Source of the DNA: Phoronis australis
Taxonomy: Eukaryota; Animalia; Phoronida
Assembly (NCBI GenBank): GCA_002633005.1
Contig: NMRA01000422.1
Span: forward strand, 264,282 to 328,281
Direction of reading: 5' to 3'
DNA: 64,000 nucleotides
Part shown: positions 13,140 through 25,479 of the stretch, piece after piece
Position numbering within the stretch: position 1 is the first letter of the stretch
How the letters are laid out: each line of letters opens with the position of its first letter
Notes under the pieces: model-generated
Told to the model about the DNA's origin: nothing
The model's database searches: none
Seen by the model: the letters and a program-made list of their open reading frames with translations, nothing else
Translations under genes and position numbers: made by a program

Positions 13140-13531
13140 AAAAATCTAGTTTTGTGAAAAACTTAAGAAGTCGGGAAATAAATTTTTAAAATTACAAAAA
13201 CTTAAGTTTTGTGATCAACTTAAGTTATCAGAAAAACTTAAGTTTTGTAAGTACAAAAAACTTAAGTTTTCGTGAAAACTTAAGTTATTACTTGAAACTT
13301 AAGTTTATTTGTGAAAACTTAAGTTTTCTGAAAAACTTAACATTGTGCTGAAAAACTTAAGTTTTTGGCGAAAAACTTAAGTTTTAAAAACTTAAGTTTC
13401 TTTCAAAAATTTAAGTTTTGCGGAAGAACTTAAGTTTTTCCTCTAAAACTTAAGTTATTTTCCAAAAACTTAAGTTTTTTCGCCAAAAACTTAAGTTTTC
13501 AGCGAAAAACCTAAGTTCATTTTTGTAAGGG
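13140..13531. repeat. Array of palindromic AAAACTTAAGTTTT motifs, probably subterminal repeats of a DNA transposon end
   Basis: More than 15 copies of AACTTAAGTT spaced ~15-25 bp apart, ending at ...TTTTTGTAAGGG. Confidence 0.75.
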
Positions 13532-14515
13532 ATTTACAAAGGTTAACAAGTTGTTTATTATAATTTGTTGACGTCAGCTTAAAAACTTCATTTACGGAAC
13601 TCATGGTGCTTACAGTTATACATGTCAATGGACCTTTCTACAACTGAACAGAAAATGGAATACATCCCCAATAACACCATGGCAGAAAGGCCACGCAGTG
13701 TATGCCCGGTCAATATCCAAGTGTCTGCCTACTTCAATTAACAGTTAGTGATTTGAACAGCGAAATTGTGTCCCGAACGAATATGAGGAATGGGATCTAT
13801 TTGTACTGAGATAATTTTCTAAATTGAATTAAACCTTGAACGATATGGTTCCTCCCCCACGTTATAAAGAACACTACATGTACCTTATTAGTTGTCAAAC
13901 CAAACTTCGTATAATCCATATTTTGACAACATGAGTCTTACTGAAGAAGCCCAAGTTTGTGAATACCGGCCATTACGAATGAGGAAGCATTTCGAGAAGT
14001 TTGAACTAATATTTGATAATGATGACGCAGTACTTTGTGAATAACGGTAATCATCCATATTCGCATAGGTTGAGTAGGAATTGGTTACAGTGAGCGGACG
14101 TTTGCAAAATTTAAAGTGCCCTACTTTTTCTTGAAAGCTCTATATTTCAGCTCCGTAGCAAACGTTACATGCGGTTGAAACATCGAAATTTGTTATTTAC
14201 CCGCCGTACAGGCAACTTTCGTAGCATGCGATGGCAAGGTCTGAGTAGCCGTGGTCTAAATAATAGTGCATTGGACACAACAGCAGCACTCATGTAAATG
14301 GAAAACATTTGGAGTGTTTCACATCCAGACAAACGAGTATTGCACGAAAATAGCGCTGAATCTTCTCAGTTTAATCGTAGTTCTATATAGAAGCGAAGGA
14401 CTGGGCGAAAACCTGATGCAAAGGCGAATTCCGGATATATGCCAACTTTTACACGAATATGACGGTAGAAAATGTCGACCATCACCTAATGTTGGCGTGC
14501 CATTTTCTGTTATAG

Positions 14516-14712
14516 GTGTAAATCAGGGCTGCGGAGGTGTTCTAACGTCACCCTCCGGCACATTTGGCTTCCCTCCTAGCACAGGTGAAGAATACGGAGC
14601 TGGCCTAACCTGCACCTGGTTTATTTCGTTGCTTGGCCCCGTTGTGCCATTTCTGACGTTCAATTCACTCGACATAGAGTACCACAGCAGATGCATTCAT
14701 GGCTATGTCCAG
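14516..14712 (+). CDS. Exon of CUB-TSP1-TM receptor: N-terminal part of the last CUB domain
   Basis: ttatag acceptor, CAG|gtttgt donor (phase 1 to 0). Reads GCGGVLTSPSGTFGFPPSTGEEYGAGLTCTWFISL...LTFNSLDIEYHSRCIHGYVQ. Confidence 0.88.
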
Positions 14713-14936
14713 GTTTGTTCTTTATATATTTTATTTCCAAAATCAACTTGCATTTACTGTATATTGCGCTAATCATATTAGGTGCCTTTCAACTGATATT
14801 TCAAACCCTATGTATTTTAAAATTTCAGTACAAATATTTTACCCTCAAGTGGGTGTCGTCTACGGTGTTTTTGTTGTTGGTATAGTCAGCCCATTACGTT
14901 TGCCTATGCTGTGCATATATGTGACTTGTTTTTTAG

Positions 14937-15099
14937 GTTCGTAACGGAAATACTAGCACGGCTCCTCTGTTTGATCGCTACTGTGGCACGACAACACCAG
15001 CTCCTATCATTGCGTCATCCAAACTCATTACTGTAACACTCGTTTCAAACGCCATGGTTTCTCGCAACCTTTTCAATATTAGTTACAGATCAGTCGATG
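14937..15099 (+). CDS. Exon of CUB-TSP1-TM receptor: C-terminal part of the last CUB domain (absent from the ORF track)
   Basis: ttttag acceptor, G|gtaagc donor (phase 0 to 1). Reads VRNGNTSTAPLFDRYCGTTTPAPIIASSKLITVTLVSNAMVSRNLFNISYRSVD and is in frame with both neighbours. Confidence 0.88.
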
Positions 15100-15383
15100 G
15101 TAAGCATCCGTTTCCTAGTGTGGTGGCTCCCGGAACCAGTTCACGTCAACTTGTGATATTGTTAAACCCAGTTAGCCTGGGTGCAAAACATAAATAATTA
15201 GTTCTGAAAACTACAGTAAAATAGTGTTCTGTAATAACATGTGGGAATCAATCTTCATAAGGTGTTAGGGGTGTAGTTTAGAGGCTTATGTATAAAAACT
15301 GGTTGCGCCAATGCAAGAGTTCGTTTTGGTGGGTACCAAACACGGAAGATAAACGGTAACAACCTCAGTTATGAATACTTTAA

Positions 15384-17031
15384 AGGAGCATGCCACCCAA
15401 AAAACAACCTAATTTGTATCAATTTAGATCGAGTAGTTCTACTCTACAACGACACGTACGGTTGCGTTAACTGACACCTGACGGCAGACGGAGGTGTTGA
15501 AATTATCCAATGATGTCATCGGTTTCACACGCAGTTTGTTCAGTAGTTCACAACACGGCTTACTGGTGTCAGGTTATCGCTTGAAGTTATCGTTTAACAC
15601 CAATAAATCATCAAACTTCGATTTAAAACTCTTTAAAAATACACCGAGTTCTTATAAAAACGGTGTTGTTTTATTTCGCTCTTACGGATTTATTGGTATT
15701 TGGACACACCGTAGCCTACAAAGTTCGGCAGGCCAATAAGGTCCGTAGTAGGAGTTTGGGGTCTGTTTGGAGATATAATTTCGAAGTATTTTCCGTGAGA
15801 TACAGACAGGAGAACCTAGATCTGTTTTGTGTAGACTTGTGATTTTTTGAGTTCTAAACACAGAACGCTTGTTAGCCGGGCCAATGGCTTGGAGATCGAT
15901 CAGGCCCGTCGCAGCCGGCCGGATTGACTCGTTATCCCCGCCAGTGGCTCCGGCAGAAACTGATCAGACATCACGACCATAAACCAGCCAAAGTTCAGTG
16001 GAAACTAAACTTTCAGTCAAGAAAATACTATACTTGTGAGCCAAAGTAATGTGCACCTGTTTATGTTGGTGAATTAGCCACGAAACTGCAAATCTATTTA
16101 TTCGTCGGGGGCCGCGAATTCAGGTTCCGCTTTGGCCACAGCACCGTCAGGGCAGAAGTTGTACATTGACAATAATTATTTGAGTAATGTAAATGTAAAT
16201 AAAGATTTCCCCAACACTTGGCCGTGGGATTGAAATCGAGTTGTTTCACAACAGTTTTTGCCAGAAAACATTAAATTAGCATGTGCTCACACGGCCTAGG
16301 TGTCCCGTCAATTAGTTTTATTGCACCTAAAGTCGACCGGGTAACGCAGTGATTTATTCATTGGTGGCTTCTCAAATCATTTGCACTCACGAACACTCCA
16401 AAGGCATTACAAATTGCATCTAATGAGACGGACTTTGTTTCAGTTTTATAAAAGTATTGGTTAGGGTGAGAATAATTCATTTTGAAACAGAACGCTCAGT
16501 AATAAATGCCAACGATGGCAACTCGCAATCCCGTCTTAGGACGACCTAGAGCTCATCAGTCCCGACTTCGCAGGTGGATCGTTAAGTTTTACAGGCTATC
16601 ATTTCAAACAGGAATACAGTGATGAAGAAATACTAGAGATGCGCCATGAACAAGCACAGACAACGGAGTTATTTGGTAAGCCCGCATTCGCCAGGTACTG
16701 TCAACGTCTGCAGGCCACAGACACGGAGATGTTTCATTCTTCACTACCATGAGCCACTTCCTAAGCATTTCGGACTCTCGAGGAAGTAAAAAAAACGATA
16801 TACCTGCTTTCCTTGCAGCTGCTTATTTCAGACAAGCGGGAACGTTGCACCGCAACATAGCGGCATTCACTGTGCATATGAACCACTGACGTCGCTAGCG
16901 TCGTTTCTCACCTTCCTCACAGGTTAACGCGACACCTCTTGGCAAGGTAAGGTCGACCGTATGCGAGGCGATGTGGATTTAGTCCGATTAAGACGGCCAA
17001 AAATACTAATTAAATCGGGTGGCATTCTCCT
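15384..17031 (+). mobile_element. Non-autonomous Kolobok-like DNA transposon (TTAA TSD)
   Basis: TTAA|AGGAGCATGCCACCC ... GGGTGGCATTCTCCT|TTAA. A full-length inverted sibling lies at 49602-51221. Confidence 0.85.
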
Positions 17032-17782
17032 TTAAATCGCCACTGGCGAACTGTACAAGATTTGCAAGTTCGGCGATATGTAATCTTTCGGGCGAAACCA
17101 TGTGATGAATAATAACCATTCACGTTTTGAAAACGATTTCGTTTGAGCGGTGTTGTTACGTTTCGCCGTAACTGGCCGACACAATCAAATTGTGTGATTG
17201 ACGAGAGTTTTTCTGAGTACTGTGTCGTATTTAGAATATTGCAACAACGAGCATTCGACTGAGATGGAGCTCTGACCTCATTCAGCGACAGCATCGTGAT
17301 GACTCCGTTTCGACTGATACGCTGCTGACCAAATATGGCTGTTCTTAAGTTAACCAGTACCCACCGACACGTTTGTGGTCGTCTTGTGACGACAGATAAT
17401 AGCTCACGAGACAAATTGCCTGGACATATTAGAAACTTATGTCTTAATTAGAGTTCATTAAACATGATGCATATTCTACAAATAACTGCAACGTTTTGTG
17501 ACATCAAATTGACGTCCATCAGCTCATAATTAGTTGCTTAATATCACGTCAAGTATTTAAAAAAAAACGTCTGTAATGTCAAGTATCTGTACTTTTTCAA
17601 GATATTTGGCTCCTGGATTTCCGATCACCGGACTGAAATTGGTGCGTTGCTACTGATCATTGATTCTTTTCATGAAACTGTGGCGGCACTAAAGTACAGG
17701 CGCATTTATTGTTCAATCAACATTACCTATGAATCTCAACATTTGCTTACTACACCTAAATACATTTTACGTTACTCTGCAG

Positions 17783-18586
17783 AATGCAACTGGAGCACGT
17801 GGTCGATGTGTTCTAGTTCGTGCTCACATGGATATCAAAGACAAACCAGAAAATGCGCAGGGCATTCAGTCTCGAGGAGCCGATCTTGTTATGGAAGTAC
17901 TTGCTGGGATTCGGAACAGTGGAGCGAATGGGGTGACTGGCGAAACTGTACTCGAAGTTGCAAAGGAGGCGTATCCTCTAGGAGTCGAACTTGTGTAACC
18001 CCACGCTACGGTAACCCCCGATGCGTAGCTGCGTCAATGGAGACCAAATCATGCAATACTCACCCGTGTCCAGTAGACGGAAAATGGTCAACTTGGAACA
18101 CATGGTCTAAGTGCAGTGTGTCTTGCGGTACTGGTCAGGCGTTCAGAACGCGAAGTTGCACACCTCCCCAGCACGGAGGCAAGTTGTGCGAAGGTGATGA
18201 AAGAAAACACGAACCGTGTCTGGTCAAGGAGTGTCCAGTGCATGGAAATTGGTCAGAGTGGGCACCATGGTCGTCGTGTAGCAAGACTTGTGATTATGGC
18301 CAGATGTCCCGCCTAAGGCTGTGTTCGCAACCACTACACGGTGGCCTTCCTTGTAAGGGAGACAGCACTGAGTGGAAGAAGTGTCAAATTGTCAGCTGTC
18401 AACTCGATGGCATGTGGTCGGGTTGGGACGAATGGACACTGTGCAACGAAAAGTGCGGTGGTTACAGAACAAGGCAGCGGAAGTGCAACAACCCGTCTCC
18501 AGCAAATGACGGAAAGCCGTGTGATGGTGCTCAACGAGAAAGGGGGGAGTGTCGGAAGTGTGCCGATCCTAATGCTCTAGGGACAG
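17783..18586 (+). CDS. Exon of CUB-TSP1-TM receptor: five thrombospondin type-1 repeats
   Basis: ctgcag acceptor, G|gtaagt donor, 804 nt, phase 1-1. Five WxxWxxW...CS.SC..G...R.R.C repeats with no stops. Confidence 0.95.
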
Positions 18587-18851
18587 GTAAGTTCATCTTA
18601 TCACCATTGCCTAATGCAAACAAGCACCTGAATGACTAAGCGTCACACGAAAAGGATTAATGAACCGTGATTATTCATCGAATTTGGCCGCCAGTATGTC
18701 TAAATGTATGAACGGTTTTGAATATTTGGTCATATTGTTTGATTATAATGCGATTCGTAAGGAGAGTATTTCATTTTTCGATTTAAGAAACTGTTTTGTT
18801 TATAATAAATGGCTAATGCGAGGCGTTTGTGTTATATTGTTACTAATTTAG

Positions 18852-18954
18852 GGGAAGCTAACACCGGTGTGGCAACCATAGTTGGAATCACCGTGGGAGG
18901 AATCATCGTCATCGTTGTCATCGTCGGTGCCGCAATCATTATCTACAAACGAAT
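18852..18954 (+). CDS. Exon of CUB-TSP1-TM receptor: transmembrane helix
   Basis: tttag acceptor, AT|gtaagt donor (phase 1 to 2). Reads EANTGVATIVGITVGGIIVIVVIVGAAIIIYKR, a hydrophobic helix with a basic stop-transfer. Confidence 0.9.
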
Positions 18955-19002
18955 GTAAGTGTCATTTTTCCTAGGACAAGTCGCACTTCAACCATATAAC
19001 AC

Positions 19003-20742
19003 CGTGTGCATCTAGTAGATCAATCATAGTTAAGTGCATGGTTGCCGCAGTGCTACATAATTCCGATATATCTCTGATATAAATTAGAATTATGTCAATC
19101 ATAAATAATTATGTCTCACCTACATTAATTTTTCTGGCTTAAATTAATTTTTGTCTGATATAATCTTCGAATAATATCGTGCATAATTCATTACTGTCCA
19201 TCATAATTTTATTTATATCAGATACAAGTACCATTGAAGAGGCATAGAACGTGAAAGCTTGTTAAAATATCTTTTAAACAATTCCTGGCAAAAGTACCTT
19301 CCCGCAACGTCTACAACATAGATGTTCACTTTCCCCACTTCCAGAAACAAAAACACAAAATTCACGAATTTTGAAAAACGCATGAAGGAAAAACTCTGTA
19401 GTCAAAAAACAGTAATGTTTCTAATCTCCCTTCCACTTATGATCAATGCGCGCATGCGCTCACAGTCTTACGAGAAACTGCTGACTGACCATGGGCGGCG
19501 CAGCACTGAAACAATGGGGGCTAAAGCCCCCCTAGCCCCCCTGTGGTGCACTGCCTATAGACCATGGGCGGCGAAGTACTGAAAAACGTAGAGGCTATAG
19601 CCCCCCAGCCCCCTATGGTGGGCCGCCAATGCTGATAAGATGGGAATGAAGGACAGATTATCACTGTGTGTTCGAACTCCGAAGTGAAGCAAATATTTTC
19701 CAAAAACATTCCAAGTGCACTTTAGAATGGGTTTGAATACTACGATACGACGAACTTACTAATTTTAAACGGTTAGGACTTACATCAGTTGTCTCCTAAT
19801 CAAACTGTTTGCTGCTTGAAGTCGCCATTGTTTTGTTTACCTATAAGGTCAAACATCATATTTTCCATATAAGAGGAATGTGCTATGTCTATGTTAATTC
19901 ATACCAAATGAGTAGACGTGCTTTCCCTTGTGGGAGACAAAATCGGTGAAATGACGAGCAGTAGACGGATCATTTTGTTTGAAATTTGAAGCTAAAAACA
20001 AGATGCTTTGACATCAACAGAAATTCAAATTTTTTACGAACAAACCGTAAAATACCTGGTGAACAGGTTGGATTCTGTTTCAGTGGCAGAGAACCATCTC
20101 CAGTAGTGCAATTTAGTCTATTTTGTCGTTCCAGGGCTCTATAATGTCCATCATTATTCTATTTATATCTGCCATAAATTGTATTTATGTCTGACATAAG
20201 TCAGCCAGTGAGAATCGCCGATACGTTCATTGGTTCATTTGAAAGGAGGCCTTGCCGCCGGAGCACTTGCTAATGTTTCCAACCGATTCAATACCCTGTT
20301 AAGGTATTAGATGTTGACGCTTACATGTATATCAATGAAGAAACTTCTAACGCACTCGTTCACATCTCGCTTGAAATTTTGCAGAAAAACGGTATGGTCC
20401 GTAAGACGCGCCATGTTTGCGTAATAAGCTTGGAGAATGTAATGACGGTTCTCATTGGCTGACTTTTGTCAGACATAAATACGATTTATGTCAGATATAG
20501 ATAAAATAATGGCGGACATTAATCTTGTTTATATCTGACATATACAGGATTATGGCTGGCATTAATGAATTATGTACGGTATTAATCAAGAATTATGTCG
20601 GACACAAATTAGTTTACATCAGACATTATTATTAATTCAGATTTATTTCAGATTGAATTCGAGTTTATGTCTGACATAATTCACAGCATCATATCTAAGA
20701 AATGTCTGGTTGGAATCAAATAAAACATTCAGATGCACCGCT
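19003..20742. mobile_element. Foldback/MITE with long inverted arms, left arm split by a ~0.9-kb insertion
   Basis: 19060-19228 and 20142-20220 are reverse complements of 20520-20690 and 20440-20522 respectively (e.g. TAATGTCC..CATTATT.TAT.TATATCTG.CATAAAT.GTATTTATGTCTGACA.AAGTCAGCCA.TGAGAA). Ends approximate. Confidence 0.6.
19490..19631. mobile_element. Small GC-rich MITE with 5-bp TSD
   Basis: CTGAC|CATGGGCGGC...GCCGCCAATG|CTGAT. The paralogous site near 55575 is empty (CTGACTGACAAGATGG). A related copy starts at 61672. Confidence 0.8.
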
Positions 20743-21343
20743 TGATGCACCGTGCTCGAAAATGCTGTCATGTATTGTTTGATTCACTTTTGCATGAGGG
20801 GCTATAAAAATGATATTTTATGAAAAAATAGAGTAACGAAATGATTACTTAGAAAACAGTAACATTTTTTAAAGAAATACTACTGGGGTCCCTGCATATT
20901 CTACACACTCGTCAGAAATGTTCACAGTATTGAAAATCAGCCCTAAGCACTTTAATCCCGTAAGGGAGTAGATTTTGATGGCTGGTGAAGGAGTATTCAC
21001 CGACGTATTTTTATTCAGTGTTTTCACTTAAATCTGTTTGGGCTGATAGCTTTTGAAATGTCTGAATGTAAAATTATGAAAAGGATGATAACTGCATCAA
21101 TAGGACGGTTATAGCTGTGGACATGCTTCTTTATGAAGTGAGCCGAGTCTTCACACATTTAGAAACCGCGGAAGAAGGGTTGTTTCGTGCTGTTTGAAAA
21201 GATGTATGCATATCGACCCGTTTCAAAACGGCGTGATTTATTATTATTATCTTTTTGTTATATTTATTACTTATGTGTTACAAACATTGTTTTTTCACTT
21301 CTTTGAAGAGTGGCAATTCGGCATGCTTTATGATTTACAACAG

Positions 21344-21695
21344 GTCTTTGAAGGGGCGTGAACGTTCCTCGGGCAACCAACCCGAATTCTCCAATGAATT
21401 TGGAAATGTTCCCCCACCCGCTTATGCCGACGGACCTTACAGTGAACGGAACGTGTGCACTTACAGCCAGGCTGGTGCACGTATTGTCTGCTACGACAAT
21501 AAAGCATTTTCTGGAAAGCTAAATGATTATCCCAAGGGTGCCTATGTGGGCAGTGCACCTGTTTACGAAAGGACCGACCTGACTGAACAGAACAGTGAAA
21601 GGGGTGGAGCTGTTTATGAAACTCTTTCTCGTTACCAAGCTTCAGTTACTCCTCGACCTCATACTGGCAATGAATGGTATATTTCTCCCAACTAA
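21344..21695 (+). CDS. Last coding exon of CUB-TSP1-TM receptor: cytoplasmic tail
   Basis: aacag acceptor joins the TM exon in frame (AT|G TCT TTG). Tail contains PPPAY, YDNKAF, VYETL and terminal WYISPN*; stop TAA at 21693-21695. Confidence 0.88.
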
Positions 21696-24600
21696 AATCG
21701 CCCTCGTTGTTACAGATGTGGCGCTGAGGCCCAAATGTTTTCTGAACTGTCGTCAGACAACTTTCTTTTGTATACCACTCTGCACTCCTGAGAATTCTGA
21801 ATGGATATCAATGAGATTTGTTCCCTGGAGGTCTAACTTAAAGTAGTGTAGGTGCTTAGAAACATGTACAAATTGGAACAATATATCTCGAAAATTAAAG
21901 ATATGAGAGTTTTTGATACTGGGATGCAATGGTCTCCCTTGTAATATGAAAACTTGTCAAATGTTTATAAATAACTGTTAGCATGGCTTCGCTGCACGTG
22001 AGCACTGAATTGACCTTGAGACAGCCGTGCCTTTCAGTCACACCATAGACTATAGATAGGGACTGCCAACTCCCGTTAGAGTGCGTTGTGCATGTCGCAG
22101 GCCACAGGACATAAGCACTAACGATGAGAGGGCGCTGCACACGCAGGATAGAAATCTTCCGGTTTTATGGAGCTGTCGTTCCTTCGTTTCAAGATTTTGG
22201 TAAAGTAATGAGTTGAATTGCTTGATTTTTTGGAGTGTTTAAGACTTAAATAAAATGCGTATACTGTTCTCTGTCATGTCATTTAAAACATTCACAAGAT
22301 AATTCAGACATCTAATGAGTTATTAACGCCAGAAACGTCTTCAGCTGTGTTAAAGTCCTTCTCTCAAACTGCCCATGTGGTTCCAGTATCCGAAAATACT
22401 TACTACATAAATTCTTATTTTCGACACCCTTTCTTCATATTCTTTTCGCCTTTCTTGCCGAAAGCGCTTTTTAACAATATTTGACCCTTCTCTGTGAACG
22501 TATAATTACCGGCTGTCATCGGGTATTTCCGTACCCACATTTCCGGCTCATCAGTTCAGGAACTTGTCCTGAACGCCGCCATTTTTTCCATGTAACTGAA
22601 TGTGCTATGGCTTGCTCGAAAAGTCTTAATTATTTTGTTTTATTAGTAATATCTCGTGATTCGTTTGCATATGTAGTGTATTTATAGTTTGTAGTTAATG
22701 GTCGTTGATTTTTTGGAATGTTACGCGTACTTAGAATGTTAAAATAGCATTGGTGTTTAGTTCCTTGCGTAGGCCGGTCGAACCTAGGAACCAATATGGG
22801 TCGAACCAATTTTTTTGGTTATATTTTTTTTCTCGTTTTGAAAAAGCACTTTGCTATCATCGGAAAGGTAATACATTCTACTCAGTAAAAATCGAAAAGT
22901 ATCAAAATCGGGGCAAGCAGTGTAAAGTTATTACAAGTTTTGTGGCGAAATCTGGGTCACTTTGTTTGGATCGCGTCGGCCATATTGGAGGACAGCGGGA
23001 TAAGTTACGAGTTTAAAACTTTGTGTAAATTGTTTTCGCCAACAATTTACGGTGAAATTTAGTTAGACATATCTTTACTTACTATTCTGCGTGATTTAAC
23101 AGTGTTCACCAGGTTTCAGCCTCGCAGTTGTTACTCATTAAGTGATAAATGTGCTCACAATTCCCTTTGGACCTCGTCTCATTTCTGGCGGCACCGACAA
23201 CATGGCGACGTTTGCTGGACTGAAAGGCATGTTCAATCGGCTACTTTGTAATTTGTGAAGATTTAACGTTGATACATTTTGACAAACGTTGCTACAAAAA
23301 GAAACTTTGTTCAATTTTCGGGTTTTTTGTTCAAAAATATAAGATATATTCGAATTATTTTACAGTAAATTTCCCATTCATGTGATCTTACACTAAGCTA
23401 AAAAAATAGTTGAAATAATTTTGAAATGTTTTTTTGTTTGACTGTCAACTGCTGTTCAAGACTTGATTCGGTGTCACAAAATGACTCATATTTTTCTAAA
23501 TTTTAAGTCTCAATTGTTTTCAAGTCACGTTTTGTAACTTATTGCTTCTTAATTCAGGTTATCAAGTCAACAATATGAATAATCTTAACTTGAGAAATAA
23601 GCTATGTTGGATTGTGCAGCTTCAAGCCTCTAATTCTTGTTCCTTGCAACTTCATATTTTTTTAAATGATGCTTGTCAAATTCTGGTTGAAGGAAACACT
23701 ATTCCGTCACCATGGTAATAGTTACATGTATGTCCACTTTCATATCATGGAAACTGTTGCTGTTGAATAGTGTTTGTAATGCTAAATGTTGTAAAGTATT
23801 GTGCATTTTAAGTTACTTATTATGTTAAAAGTTTGATTCATTTTGGGATAATGAATAAAAAATGATAGCATGTTGTATTGGACTTGTCATACTTATGTGC
23901 TCGAACGAGCCCCCTTTTTGAAGAACTGGAAAAAGGTATGCATCAGTCACAGAAGCAATAATTCCGAAAAAATAGAAAACGAGAAATATTCCACTAGAAG
24001 ACAGGAAGTACCAAAACTTAGAGTCTGCAATTCATAGCTATGAACATACCCACTGAATCTTATAGTAAAAGATAGACATTCCCAAAAATTCCAGCCCCCC
24101 ATTCTTCTAGGCTTGGTGCGCTCATACAAAGTCTAGGAAAATCTCTATTGAAAGCCAACAACTTTGCACAGTTCGCCAGAAGTACCAAAGTTCTAAATAA
24201 ACCTCGCCTAAGGATAGCCTTTGCGCAAAGCTGTATAGGCCTACTAACAAGCTGTATTTTGACGATAGTCTTCACTGGTAGCTGGTGACTGAGGCTAACT
24301 AAGGTCTGCCGCGGCAGTGTGACACAGGACTAACCAGCCCGTAATTTCATGCAAGTGTCAGAAACTACCCTTGAATATATTCAGCATTTATGATTTGACC
24401 ATTTTACTTCGACAAAACAGCTTGCAACCGCATGCATTTACCGTTCGCCAGTGTCTGGTCTCGATCCGCACCGGTTCCGATAGGCTGCGGTCCTGAGTCT
24501 GGCAAAATAATTTCTGTCAAAATTTATTCGCCACATTTCTTCAGCAATTTCGATAAAATTATCCGTAGTTTGATTTTATGAAAATTAAGGCGCGCTGTCG

Positions 24601-25479
24601 ATTATTTTTTCCCCGTTTGCAGGCTGGTAACAGGCACTCACACTGACGGCGTTTTCTTAGCCTGGGTTCCTGAATGAATTATACTTCCGGGTTCGCGGCA
24701 AGTTCAAAATGGCGGTGGTTCTTCGGGTGCGAATCGTGAGTGGCGCGTTCATTTAAACTTTTTTTCGAGTACAGATCGTGTGTTAGTTATGGGGTAGGTA
24801 CTTCTTGGATCCTTATAACATCCTCTAACCATGTAATAAGGGTTAACAACGCGTGAAAGATGGACTTTAACTTTTATAATCGTTTAAGCCATCATGTAAC
24901 TATTGTGAAAATGGTGACACACTGAGTAAGAATTGCGATCTTGTTCATTAACCATGAAGTCTCTCACAGTTTACTCTAGCATACATCCGGAACTTTGACT
25001 TGTAACGGAAAATGATTACTTTAGAGTGCTCACATTTTGGCTGTCAATGTTTTGCAACTACATGTAGTAAAGTACAAAGTCATGGTTTCCGTGTGTTTAC
25101 CCAATATGTACGTGTATTTGACGAGTATTGCTCAAGGCCTGTTGCACGATTTAGATGCATTATGTAGAGTTCCCTACCATATTCTGAGATTTAATGTTCA
25201 GCCTTTCGAAATGCTTATTTTGACTCGTTAATATAAATGTATACATGAAATTTACCTTTGTCTTATTTAAGCTGTCCCAAAAATCAGAACCAACCATCCG
25301 ATCAAGTTGAGGACTTTTTTCTAAACCTTTTCTAGCACAGATGTTCGACACTGAGATGGGAATGTGTGACGTTAACCAACAAAAAATACATAAGTAGGCC
25401 CCTACTTTGACTAGGCAGCTCCCAATTTTTCTCGATAATGATTGGTCATAAGGATGACGTCGAATGACATAGCAACGAA

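Noticed and set aside
13140-13531. CRISPR-like appearance of palindromic repeats with variable spacers
   Set aside because: Repeats are only ~14 bp, spacers are very short and AT-rich, there are no cas genes and the context is a eukaryotic intron.
17647-17782. N-terminal 45 codons of the 330-aa TSP1 ORF (likewise the ORF extensions at 14266 and 21255)
   Set aside because: Intronic read-through upstream of clear splice acceptors.
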